A DNA stretch of 32,000 nt from positions 480,001 to 512,000 of the forward strand of contig OY970071.1 in the NCBI GenBank assembly GCA_963705375.1. The letters are read 5' to 3'. Origin of the DNA: Candidatus Saccharimonadota bacterium (lineage in GTDB: Archaea > Micrarchaeota > Micrarchaeia > Micrarchaeales > Micrarchaeaceae). Both the position numbers and the translations under genes were made by a program. Each line of letters begins with the position of its first letter. The stretch's first letter is position 1. A model generated the notes under the pieces. That model made no database searches. It was not told where the DNA came from and worked only from the letters and a program-made list of their open reading frames with translations. Below are positions 8,586 through 17,084 of this stretch, piece by piece.

Positions 8586-9569
8586 TCAGTGATCAAGCGT
8601 CAGGTCCCTTGTTTTATGTAACACCGGATATATCGCATATCTGATGAACGCATCCGGCAAAGCTAATGTGAAAAGCAGTGCCATCTTCGTAAGAGCACTT
8701 ATGCTGCTGTTGGACCTCACGTATGTCCTATAATTGCCCATTTCATTCGGGTTCTGGAGCATATTGATGCATGCTATGCCTATCAAGTTGATTGTTGGAA
8801 GAGCACCCACAGCCTTCAGGACCTTGTTAGGATAGTTGGGCTTTAGCTCTTCCAGTGCTGCCGGGAAAACAACAAGCCACGTCCTGAACGCAATAACCGG
8901 TATGGTGCACCGTGTATGGTATTTTATCAGCGGTTGTGCCAGCAGCTTGCCATTTTTCCCGACGATAGCCCTGAAGAAGAGCGTTGTGTGCAAGAATTCT
9001 TTCGGACCGAGATCCTCGCCCTCCATGTTGTTTAGCTCACTTCGCAGGTATCGCGTTCTTGTTATTATGCTACCCATGAACCCAGCATAGCCTGCTTTCT
9101 GTTTCAATAGCACTTTTGCATGATCCCCTTTCGAATAGAAGGCGTCTGTTCTTGCGTGGATCTTGGTGTTTTCGAATTTTCTTGAGAATGTGTCATCCCA
9201 TACTTCCACATCGATCTGTATGAAATCGCATTTCGAGTCCAGATTTTTGACTATAATATCAATGGCATGCTCCTTCACTATGTCGTCATCGCCAAATATC
9301 CATGCAAATTCGGTATCGCCCATGCCTAGCAGGTTTATCAGGTTAGATGCGTACGTATCACCTAGCTTAGTCTTGTTCCTCTTGTAGAAGATGTTGCGGT
9401 ATTCTTTTTTTAAAATCTTGACTGCTTTTTCCGTTTCGTCTGCTGCGCTGTTGTCAGAGACATATATTGGAAAACCGTATTTCTTTAATTGGGGTATGAA
9501 GTGCCTTATGCATTTTTCCAAGTCGTCCCTTCGGTTACGAGTTGGAATATAGATTCCGAGCTTATTCAT
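8586..9569 (-). CDS. Glycosyltransferase family 2, last gene of the CDP-sugar operon
   Basis: MNKLGIYIPTRNR, YVSDNSAADET and IFGDDDIV (DxD). I chose the ATG at 9569, which overlaps the rfbG stop by 8 nt. The track's longer N-terminus (to 9647) lies inside rfbG. Confidence 0.65.
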   Translation of the reverse strand: MNKLGIYIPTRNRRDDLEKCIRHFIPQLKKYGFPIYVSDNSAADETEKAVKILKKEYRNIFYKRNKTKLGDTYASNLINLLGMGDTEFAWIFGDDDIVKEHAIDIIVKNLDSKCDFIQIDVEVWDDTFSRKFENTKIHARTDAFYSKGDHAKVLLKQKAGYAGFMGSIITRTRYLRSELNNMEGEDLGPKEFLHTTLFFRAIVGKNGKLLAQPLIKYHTRCTIPVIAFRTWLVVFPAALEELKPNYPNKVLKAVGALPTINLIGIACINMLQNPNEMGNYRTYVRSNSSISALTKMALLFTLALPDAFIRYAIYPVLHKTRDLTLDH

Positions 9570-10614
9570 GCAATCGTTTTTTAAACTCGGAGAGTTGCGT
9601 CCGCGAGTAGGTGAAGGGCACTCTGTGATCCTTGTAGAAGTGCGCATACCATGAAGCAGTGCTTCTCACAGTGTCCTCAAAGCTGTTTATGGGTTTCCAT
9701 CCCAGTCCTTTCTTTGATTTATCAGAATTCAGCAGCAGGATCCTGTCTTCATGCCCTTTATGGCTTTTATGAATTTCGTATTTGATATTTAGGTACTTTG
9801 AAATTTCAGTTATTAGATCCAGGACTGTCTTCGCATAACTGGATGAGAAGTTCCATGCCCCAGAGTACTTGCCCGGGTCGGTATAGAGTTTCTCTCCGAG
9901 GGTAAGATAGCCGTTCAGGAAGTCCAGTACATAAGTCCAAGGCCGTATTGCACTTGGATTTCGTATCATTATCGTATCGTTAGCAGCATAAGAGCGCGCG
10001 AGATCAGGCATGAGCCTATGCTCGCCCCAGTCTCCGCCTCCGATAATGTTTCCGGCGCGCACTGTTGCAACTCCTGCATCTGACAAGAAGCTGTTCTTGT
10101 AGGATTTTGTTATCAGCTCTGAACAGGCCTTGCTAGAACTATAGGGATCGTATCCACCAAGCTTATCATCCTCTTTATACGCCACCCGTGTTCCTTTGTT
10201 TTCATAGACCTTATCAGTAGTCATGTTCAGTATAGCCTTTGTCTTGCCAGCCCTTCTTATCGCATCCAACAAATTAAGAGTGCCTATCGCATTTGTAATG
10301 TACGTATCGATGGGAGTGACATAGGAATCTAGAAGTATTGGACGGGCAGCCAAGTGAAATACCATCTCTGGTTCCTGCTTCTTTATCAACCCGAGCACTT
10401 GGTCTTTTTTCCGTATGTCGCCAGTTATATTGGTCACTTTGTCCTCAAGGCCTAGAAACTGATAGTGATAAGGATTGGAAGGTGGATTTGAAGAAAAACC
10501 AATTACATTGGCACCTAATTCGGTGAGCCACAGAGTGAGCCACGAGCCGATAAAGCCCGTATGGCCTGTGACTAGAACTTTTTTGTCCCTATAGAAATTA
10601 GAGAAGTTTGTCAT
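9562..10614 (-). CDS. rfbG: CDP-glucose 4,6-dehydratase
   Basis: FYRDKKVLVTGHTGFIGSWLTLWL Rossmann start, YSSSKACSE (YxxxK), and a 350-aa length typical of RfbG/DdhB. Confidence 0.85.
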   Translation of the reverse strand: MTNFSNFYRDKKVLVTGHTGFIGSWLTLWLTELGANVIGFSSNPPSNPYHYQFLGLEDKVTNITGDIRKKDQVLGLIKKQEPEMVFHLAARPILLDSYVTPIDTYITNAIGTLNLLDAIRRAGKTKAILNMTTDKVYENKGTRVAYKEDDKLGGYDPYSSSKACSELITKSYKNSFLSDAGVATVRAGNIIGGGDWGEHRLMPDLARSYAANDTIMIRNPSAIRPWTYVLDFLNGYLTLGEKLYTDPGKYSGAWNFSSSYAKTVLDLITEISKYLNIKYEIHKSHKGHEDRILLLNSDKSKKGLGWKPINSFEDTVRSTASWYAHFYKDHRVPFTYSRTQLSEFKKRLHE

Positions 10615-11538
10615 TTCATTACGCTCTTGATCCTGCTATAAATGTCTGAGGCACTTATGCCGTAGCTTTTGAATAAGTACTCTTTGGTACCGGCAACATG
10701 CGTAAACTCATCTGGTAACTTGAATGGTAGGAAGCTCTGCACTTCCTTTCCAGCCAGAGTGCTTGCAACTTTTTCGGCAAGAGCACCAGTATTGTCTTCT
10801 ATGGTCACGATAATCGCCTTACCCTTTGCCGAACCTATGACGGCACCATAATCAAAGGGTTTGAAAGTGTGTATTTCGAGCACCTCAGCAGTATCCTTTT
10901 CATCCTTGTTGAGCATACCCGCAACCTCAAGCGCCACCTTCGTAAGGATTCCGCTTGACACTATAAGTATCTTTTTGCCTGTTGTAAGCCTTAGCGCTTT
11001 TCCAATCTCTATCCTGAGGTCTTCGCTGTGCAATACAAGATCTTCGTTCTTTGAGAGCCGCATGTATACTGGACCTTTTATGCTGTCAATATTTTGCATG
11101 AATAGCCTGACTTCCTGCGGGTCGGAAGGGCTCAGAATTGTCAGATTTGGTAGGGCATCGGCCACTTTCAAGTCTTCTAACGGCTGGTGGGTCGCTCCTG
11201 CGTCGGCATACGCCAAGCCTGCACCAACTCCGACCATCCTTACGGGAAGATTGGGATAGCACAGGTCATCCCTCACCTGTTCGAACGTGCGGTATAGCAA
11301 AAACGGGATGATTGAATAAACGAATACCTTCTTGCCGAGACTGGCCATGCCTGCAGATACGCCAATCATGTTCTGTTCTGAGAGGCCCATGTTTCATGAA
11401 GCGCCTAGGGTAATCTTCGCGTATCTTTTCGAATGCCGAAAATCCAAGGTCGCCCGCCAACAAATAGGTAAGCTCTTTGCCTTCTTTCTTCTCCTTGCCC
11501 ATTATGTTTAACAATTCGTTCACAAATGCGCGTCTCAT
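10611..11538 (-). pseudogene. Transketolase C-terminal (pyrimidine-binding/C-terminal domain) subunit, interrupted by a 1-nt frameshift
   Basis: The N-terminal 48 codons (MRRAFVNELL...REDYPRRFM) are in one frame and MGLSEQNMIGVSAGMASLGK... (10611-11390) is in another. They rejoin as RRFMNMGLSEQNMIG if one T of the TTT run at 11392-11394 is removed. The 928-nt span equals 309 codons plus 1 nt. Confidence 0.75.
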
Positions 11539-12317
11539 GATATCTCCGATATGAAATCCTTTACATTGCCGCTGTTTGGAGATTTGTAGTGCCACTCCAG
11601 CTTGTCCTCCATTGACTTGACACCTTTCCCCAGAATTGTGTCTGCGATGATCAGCAAGGGTTTGGCTGAATTTGACTTCAGTGCTGCTGCGATCTCGTCG
11701 TAGTTGTGGCCGTCTATCTCCTTTACATCCCATCCTGCGCTGGAAAACTCTTTGTGGACTATTTCGGCAGTTAGCAGCGTTCTGTCGAGCCCCTGCCATT
11801 TATTGCTATCAACTATCACTACAAGATTGCTCAGGCCCGCCATGCTCGCGAAGTTCATGGCCTCAAAGACGCTGCCCTCCTGACATTCTCCATCACCCAT
11901 CAGCACATATATGGTGCCGTCCTTTCCGTCATGTTTGTTGACTAACGCCATACCTGCAGCAATAGGAAGCCCGTGACCCAGGGATCCTGTGGCGACCTCG
12001 ACGCCTTTCATTCCCTGAATGGGATGTTCGGCCAGCAGAGAGCCTTCCTTTCCTATAGAGCCATAAGTTTCGTCTGATATGATTCCTTTCTTGTGCAGCA
12101 CGGAATACAGAGCAACTGCAGCATGCCCTTTGCTTAGGATAAAATGATCGTTCCGCCCCAGAACCTTAAAATACAGCGTTATGAGAATATCCAGACAAGA
12201 AAAATCTGAGCCGATATGGGAGGTGTTAGCCGCGGCATGCGCGACTATAAGCTCCTTTCTAAGCTCATTAGCTATGGATCTTAAATCAGGCACATTCGTC
12301 ATCCCATTTTTATTCAT
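11535..12317 (-). CDS. Transketolase N-terminal (thiamine diphosphate-binding) subunit
   Basis: SHIGSDFSCLDIL, FILSKGHAAVALY, ATGSLGHGLPIAAGMA and LMGDGECQEGSVFEA (ThDP GDG motif). ATGA overlap with the C-subunit start at 11535-11538. Confidence 0.85.
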   Translation of the reverse strand: MNKNGMTNVPDLRSIANELRKELIVAHAAANTSHIGSDFSCLDILITLYFKVLGRNDHFILSKGHAAVALYSVLHKKGIISDETYGSIGKEGSLLAEHPIQGMKGVEVATGSLGHGLPIAAGMALVNKHDGKDGTIYVLMGDGECQEGSVFEAMNFASMAGLSNLVVIVDSNKWQGLDRTLLTAEIVHKEFSSAGWDVKEIDGHNYDEIAAALKSNSAKPLLIIADTILGKGVKSMEDKLEWHYKSPNSGNVKDFISEIS

Positions 12318-13203
12318 AAAATTTTATGTTCGTGGCCATCCACTTCTTTGTTTTTTTCAGGCCTTCGCTTAGCGAATACTCCGGTGTCCAGCCCAATTCT
12401 TTACGGATCTTGTGCGTATCCGCCTTCCATATCCTGTCTGGCTCCTTTTCCCTTATTTTAGAAGACCATTCCACTTTGGCTTTTACCATGTTTGCAACAT
12501 CGCCAACTCGTGACTGCCTACCAGAGCCCACATTGAAAATACTCCCGCTAGCTATATCTTTTGACTTCTTTATTATAAGTTCGTACGCTTTTGCCACATC
12601 CTCGATAAATACAAAATCTCTAACGTTGTTTTTGCTTGACAGCGTTGCAGTCGTGCCTTTAATTGCAGAATAGAGCAGACACGGCACCAGCCTGTGTTTT
12701 TCTTCAAAATAACCATAGACTGAGAACAACCTCAACGTGACTGCGTTTATTTTTCCTGCTTTGAGCAAGTCGGTTACAAGAGCTTTGGACATGGCATAAT
12801 CTGTGTACGGCTCCGGTATGTCGGTCTCTCTCATTGCACCGCTTTTTATGCCGTACTCTGAACTGCTTCCCGTGTTTATAAATAGAGGGACTCCATTGCA
12901 CGCATCTATGACATTCATAGAGCCGAGTATGTTCGTAGATATTATGGTGTCCGTGTTACGTTCGAAGGGGTAGCCACCGTAGACCGCACAGTGTATCAGA
13001 ACGTCCGGTTTTATCTTAGTTATCGTTTCTCTTACATTCGGACGGTTCTGCAAGTCAAAGAACACCGTATCTATGTCACCCAGTCTCCAATTGTTCTTAT
13101 TTCTAGATAGTGCAAACACTTCGTGATCATTTGCGAAGTGTCTTACAAGATTCGCACCCACAAATCCCGAAGCGCCAGTTATTGCTATTCTTAATCTTTC
13201 CAT
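12310..13203 (-). CDS. NAD(P)-dependent SDR (extended epimerase/reductase family), candidate CDP-4-keto-sugar reductase or epimerase
   Basis: IAITGASGFVGANLVRHF Rossmann motif and YAMSKAL (YxxxK). 297 aa. Overlaps rfbF by 13 nt and tkt-N by 8 nt. Confidence 0.7.
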   Translation of the reverse strand: MERLRIAITGASGFVGANLVRHFANDHEVFALSRNKNNWRLGDIDTVFFDLQNRPNVRETITKIKPDVLIHCAVYGGYPFERNTDTIISTNILGSMNVIDACNGVPLFINTGSSSEYGIKSGAMRETDIPEPYTDYAMSKALVTDLLKAGKINAVTLRLFSVYGYFEEKHRLVPCLLYSAIKGTTATLSSKNNVRDFVFIEDVAKAYELIIKKSKDIASGSIFNVGSGRQSRVGDVANMVKAKVEWSSKIREKEPDRIWKADTHKIRKELGWTPEYSLSEGLKKTKKWMATNIKFYE

Positions 13204-13964
13204 AATTTGACCTTATCGTCGTTGCTGTTCATTATGTCTTCGAGCTCTCTCTTGTCCCTGAGGGTGTCTACGCATTTCCAGAACCCTTCGTGCTTATAGG
13301 CATACAGTTCGCCTTCTTCGGCCAACTTCTGCAACGGATAAGTCTCAAAAGCAGTCTTATCATCTTTGATATAATCGAGCACACTTTTAGAGAGGACCAT
13401 GAAACCGCCATTTATGAATGGACTGTCATCTAGCCTCTTTTCCTGGAACGACAGCACCTTCCCGTCCTTTTCAAGGTTAACTATTCCGAATCTAGGCATC
13501 CGCACCGCAGTTATAGTGGCCTTCTTTCCATGAGATTTATGGAAATCGAGCAGTTTTTTTATGTCTATATCAGACACTCCGTCACCATAGGTGAGCATGA
13601 ACGTATCGCCGTCCAGGTGATTCGCAAGCCTCTTCATCCTACCGCCGGTGAGCGTGTCAAGACCTGTGTCTATGAGCGTGACGTTCCATTTTTCTCTTTT
13701 GTCCTTAATGATGTCCACGCCATGGTTAGCCATATTAACAGTAAAGTCGCTTGAGAAGCGGGACATGTGCGCAAAATATTCCTTGAGCAAATCCCCTTTA
13801 TAGCCGCACGCGACTACGAAATCGTTGAAGCCGTAGTTAGAGTAAGTCTTCATCACATACCATATCAACGGCTTACCTGCAATCTCTACCAACGGCTTTG
13901 GTATGGTAGAGGTCTCTTCGCTAAGTCTAGTACCGTATCCGCCAGCGAGTATTACGACTTTCAT
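13191..13964 (-). CDS. rfbF: Glucose-1-phosphate cytidylyltransferase
   Basis: MKVVILAGGYGTRLSEETSTIPKPLVEIAGKPLIWYVMK and LTYGDGVSDIDI. 257 aa, typical of RfbF/DdhA. Confidence 0.85.
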   Translation of the reverse strand: MKVVILAGGYGTRLSEETSTIPKPLVEIAGKPLIWYVMKTYSNYGFNDFVVACGYKGDLLKEYFAHMSRFSSDFTVNMANHGVDIIKDKREKWNVTLIDTGLDTLTGGRMKRLANHLDGDTFMLTYGDGVSDIDIKKLLDFHKSHGKKATITAVRMPRFGIVNLEKDGKVLSFQEKRLDDSPFINGGFMVLSKSVLDYIKDDKTAFETYPLQKLAEEGELYAYKHEGFWKCVDTLRDKRELEDIMNSNDDKVKLWKD

Positions 13965-14186
13965 TTTATCATCACAAACAAACCATGACAGATGTGCAAC
14001 TTTTTCATATTCAGGTCAGGCATACAAAAACCTAAATAATATAATATAGATGTAGCAACACTTTTATCCCTTGACTTTATGTCACTGTGACAGCGCATGT
14101 CAATTCACCCTCGATGTTCAACTGCGCTTCTTAAAAGCATTTCGCTCATGTTATTCGCTTAAAAGCGTTTCTAAGCAAGTATAAAC

Positions 14187-15794
14187 ATGGCGTTCTGGGG
14201 ATTATTGGTATCTCTAGTCGTAGACACAGCATACTCGTGGGAAAGACTGCTCATCGCGCTCGCCATCTCAATGGTGGCAGGCATGCTGCTCGGCATATTC
14301 GCAGGGATCTCGAGCAAGGCAGAGCGTATACTGATACCCCTTCTTGACGTATTCCAGACATTGCCAATACTGGCGTTCTTCCCGTTCGTGATATTCGTAA
14401 TAGTGGCATCAGTTCCCAACTTCACAGGCATAGACATAGCAGTAGTGTTCCTTATCATAACGAGCATGGTCTGGAACATAGCGTTTGGCGCATACGAAGC
14501 AGTTAAAGCGCTGCCGAACGTGGTCAACGAGCTCTCAAGGCTTTACCACATGAGCCTTTTTGAGAGGTTCATAAGAATATACATACCGGCGAGCATGCCG
14601 AAGGTCATCGACCAGTCAATGCTCTCATGGTCCATCGGCCTGTTCTACCTCGTGACAAGCGAGATATTCTCGACTGGAAACAAGATGTACGAGGTAAAGT
14701 ACGGAATAGGCGTGAAGCTGACAGCACTTGCGCTTGCAGGCAACCTAGCGCAATATGTATTAGGAATCGCTGTTTTCATCGTGTTCGTCATCCTGACGAG
14801 ATTATTGCTGTTCAGGCCATTGCGAAATTTCTTCAACAAGTTCAACGAGGAGCACGTGATAAAGGCAAGGAGAGCTCATGCGCAAAGGACTGAGAAAGAG
14901 ATCCACGCGATAAAATACAAGGTAAAGATGGCACCACCACAGATGCGCGTAAGGCCAGGGTACATACTATGGAAGAGCGGCACGAGCAGCAGAGCATTGC
15001 GTGCTCCGACACTGGAGGAGGAGCTTGCCAGGAAAAGCAAGAGGGCAAGGCGTGTCGGGCTAGAGATTTCCATTGCAGTGATAATCGTGACCCTCACCGT
15101 GCTGTCCGCGGTAGCTTTGATCAAGGGAATAGTGCACGACGAATACGTTGTGCTCGTTTCGCTCATTACGTCGTTCACAAGGGTTTGGTTCGTGTTTGCA
15201 GTTGCTTTAGCAGTTGCGATACCTCTTAGCGTGTATCTGCTGTTCATGTCAAAGCGCATCGAGCAGTACCTGCTCACATTCCAGATACTGGCATCGGTAC
15301 CCGCAACGATATTGCTGCCGTTGCTTGTAAGTGCACTTGCTCATTCGCCAGACCATGCAGAGCTTGTCGCATTCTCCATACTGTTCCTCAGCGGGATCTG
15401 GTATGTGCTGTTCGGCATATTCGCAGACAGGAGCTACATACAGCGCTGGCTGTTCGAGGTACGGAACCTCTTCCATGTGCGTGGCGTGAATGCATGGAAG
15501 AACATCTACATCAAGGCCATACTTCCAGGATTGATAACTGGAGGCATAACAGCGGTAGCGGCAGAATGGAACGCGTGCATCGTTGCAGAGTACTTCACCT
15601 CTTCGGCCGTGAGTGCAGGAACTGTGATAACTGCCGTGCACACGGGCATAGGCGTACTATTGGACACGTCCCTGCAGGCAGGCAACCTCACGATGATGGT
15701 GCTGGCGCTGATAAACCTTACAATCATGATACTCATACTGAACAAAGTAGTATGGCGTAGGCTGTACGATAGAATGGCGAAGAGCTACAAGTGA
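14187..15794 (+). CDS. ABC transporter permease, fusion of two NitT/TauT-type (SsuC-like) permease domains
   Basis: Two hydrophobic modules, each with an SsuC-like loop (...LSRLYHMSLFERFIRIYIPASMP... and ...NLFHVRGVNAWKNIYIKAILPGL...). They are joined by a Lys/Arg-rich ~80-aa linker. Confidence 0.7.
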   Translation: MAFWGLLVSLVVDTAYSWERLLIALAISMVAGMLLGIFAGISSKAERILIPLLDVFQTLPILAFFPFVIFVIVASVPNFTGIDIAVVFLIITSMVWNIAFGAYEAVKALPNVVNELSRLYHMSLFERFIRIYIPASMPKVIDQSMLSWSIGLFYLVTSEIFSTGNKMYEVKYGIGVKLTALALAGNLAQYVLGIAVFIVFVILTRLLLFRPLRNFFNKFNEEHVIKARRAHAQRTEKEIHAIKYKVKMAPPQMRVRPGYILWKSGTSSRALRAPTLEEELARKSKRARRVGLEISIAVIIVTLTVLSAVALIKGIVHDEYVVLVSLITSFTRVWFVFAVALAVAIPLSVYLLFMSKRIEQYLLTFQILASVPATILLPLLVSALAHSPDHAELVAFSILFLSGIWYVLFGIFADRSYIQRWLFEVRNLFHVRGVNAWKNIYIKAILPGLITGGITAVAAEWNACIVAEYFTSSAVSAGTVITAVHTGIGVLLDTSLQAGNLTMMVLALINLTIMILILNKVVWRRLYDRMAKSYK

Positions 15795-15798
15795 GTGA

Positions 15799-16539
15799 AT
15801 GGACATAATAACCGTCGATAAAGTGAAATACGCAATAAAGGAGTCGGTCATAATAGACAACGTGTCGTTCATAGGCAAGAAAGAGAAGTTCGTTTCTCTG
15901 ATAGGCCCGTCGGGTTGCGGAAAGAGCACGCTTCTCCGTATCATAGCGGGGCTCGTACCGTCAACACAAGGCAGGGTCCTCTTCAAGGGCAGGAAGATCA
16001 TAACTCCGATAAGGGAAGTATCGTTCGTCTTCCAGGATTTCGGACTTCTGCCCTGGCTAAGCAATGTCGAGAACGTGAAGCTAGGATTATCAATGGTGCA
16101 GATGAGTGACGTGGAAAAAACGCAGAGAGCGATGCGCCTGCTCAAGAATTTTGGGCTTGAGGGTTTTGAGAGCTCCTATCCAAACGTGCTTAGTGGAGGG
16201 ATGAAACAGAGGGTAGGAATTGCGCGGGCAATCGTATCCAACCCGACTGTGCTCCTTATGGACGAGCCTTTCAGTTCGCTCGATGAGTTGACAGCAAACG
16301 CACTGAGAGCAGAGGTCGTGCGCATGCTACTCGACAAGAAGATACCAGTGATATCGATAATAATGGTGACGCACAACATAGAGGAAGCTGTCGAGCTCTC
16401 CGATGATATCGTGGTACTCTCCAACAAGCCAACAAGGGTGAAGGAGATAATACACATCAACCTTCCAAGGCCGCGCGACAAGCGCAGCAAGAAATTCCTA
16501 GACACGGTTGATGAGATAGCCAAAGTGCTGAAGATATAG
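15799..16539 (+). CDS. ABC transporter ATP-binding protein (NitT/TauT family-like)
   Basis: Walker A GPSGCGKST, signature LSGGMKQRVGIARA and Walker B LLMDEPFSSLD. Starts 4 nt after the permease stop. Confidence 0.85.
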   Translation: MDIITVDKVKYAIKESVIIDNVSFIGKKEKFVSLIGPSGCGKSTLLRIIAGLVPSTQGRVLFKGRKIITPIREVSFVFQDFGLLPWLSNVENVKLGLSMVQMSDVEKTQRAMRLLKNFGLEGFESSYPNVLSGGMKQRVGIARAIVSNPTVLLMDEPFSSLDELTANALRAEVVRMLLDKKIPVISIIMVTHNIEEAVELSDDIVVLSNKPTRVKEIIHINLPRPRDKRSKKFLDTVDEIAKVLKI

Positions 16540-16551
16540 CAAGGAAGACAG

Positions 16552-17076
16552 TCACCACGGGACACTCTTGATTCCTAGCTTATATGCGCCTCTGTTAGTT
16601 AAAACGTGCAGAACACCGGTCAGCACAAAGAGAAACAGCAGGCCGTATGCGCCTGGCAAATACCCAAGCGGGGATGCCAACAGAAGCGCCGCAACAAAGA
16701 AGCCGTACTGGTCAAGAACAGGAAAGTGCTTGCCGGAAGACACGCCCACACGCCTTTTTATGAAGCTGCCTAGTATGTCCCCAATTAGCGCACCTATAGA
16801 CAGTAGAGAGACCATGGCAATAAGATGATAGAAAGAGATGGAAACAAGCATGTTGAAGAGGGGGTACTCTGCAGCACCCACAACAATGCCGCTAGCTATG
16901 CCCAGTGCGGTCCCGCGCATAGTCTTGTTATCGCCAAGAATTCGCTTGCCTTTTATCTTCATCTTGAAGTCAAGAGGCCTGCTACCTTTTCCAAACAACA
17001 CTGGAGAACCGTTTGCGACATATGCAGGCAGTATGTAGACTATCGGATACACGAACGCCGCGTAGAGTGCATGCAA
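16552..17076 (-). CDS. carS: CDP-archaeol synthase (DUF46/CarS family)
   Basis: LPAYVANGSPVLFG...PLDF...GDNKTMRGTALG motif string in a 174-aa polytopic membrane protein. Confidence 0.7.
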   Translation of the reverse strand: MHALYAAFVYPIVYILPAYVANGSPVLFGKGSRPLDFKMKIKGKRILGDNKTMRGTALGIASGIVVGAAEYPLFNMLVSISFYHLIAMVSLLSIGALIGDILGSFIKRRVGVSSGKHFPVLDQYGFFVAALLLASPLGYLPGAYGLLFLFVLTGVLHVLTNRGAYKLGIKSVPW

Positions 17077-17084
17077 GGCATCAC

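Noticed and set aside
9570-9647. Long N-terminal extension of the GT2 ORF 8586-9647. The same applies to 21964-22068 on the Dpm1-like GT2, 19749-19811 on alaS, 25677-25724 on ilvE and 1402-1419 on rmlC.
   Set aside because: The extensions lie inside the upstream genes and translate to non-homologous sequence. Internal ATGs give canonical N-termini and the ATGA/TGATG-type coupling seen throughout the window.
11539-11799. The N-terminal two-thirds of track ORF 11266-11799 (177 aa) as an independent gene
   Set aside because: This part overlaps the transketolase N-subunit in another frame and reads as Arg/Gln-rich noise. Only its last ~48 codons (from the ATG at 11538) are meaningful, as the frameshifted start of the transketolase C-subunit.
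13965-14186. Palindromes GTCACTGTGAC and GCTTAAAAGC upstream of the ABC permease, as possible operators
   Set aside because: They are short. The second coincides with the expected TATA-like box about 27 nt upstream of the ATG at 14187, so ordinary promoter architecture explains it.
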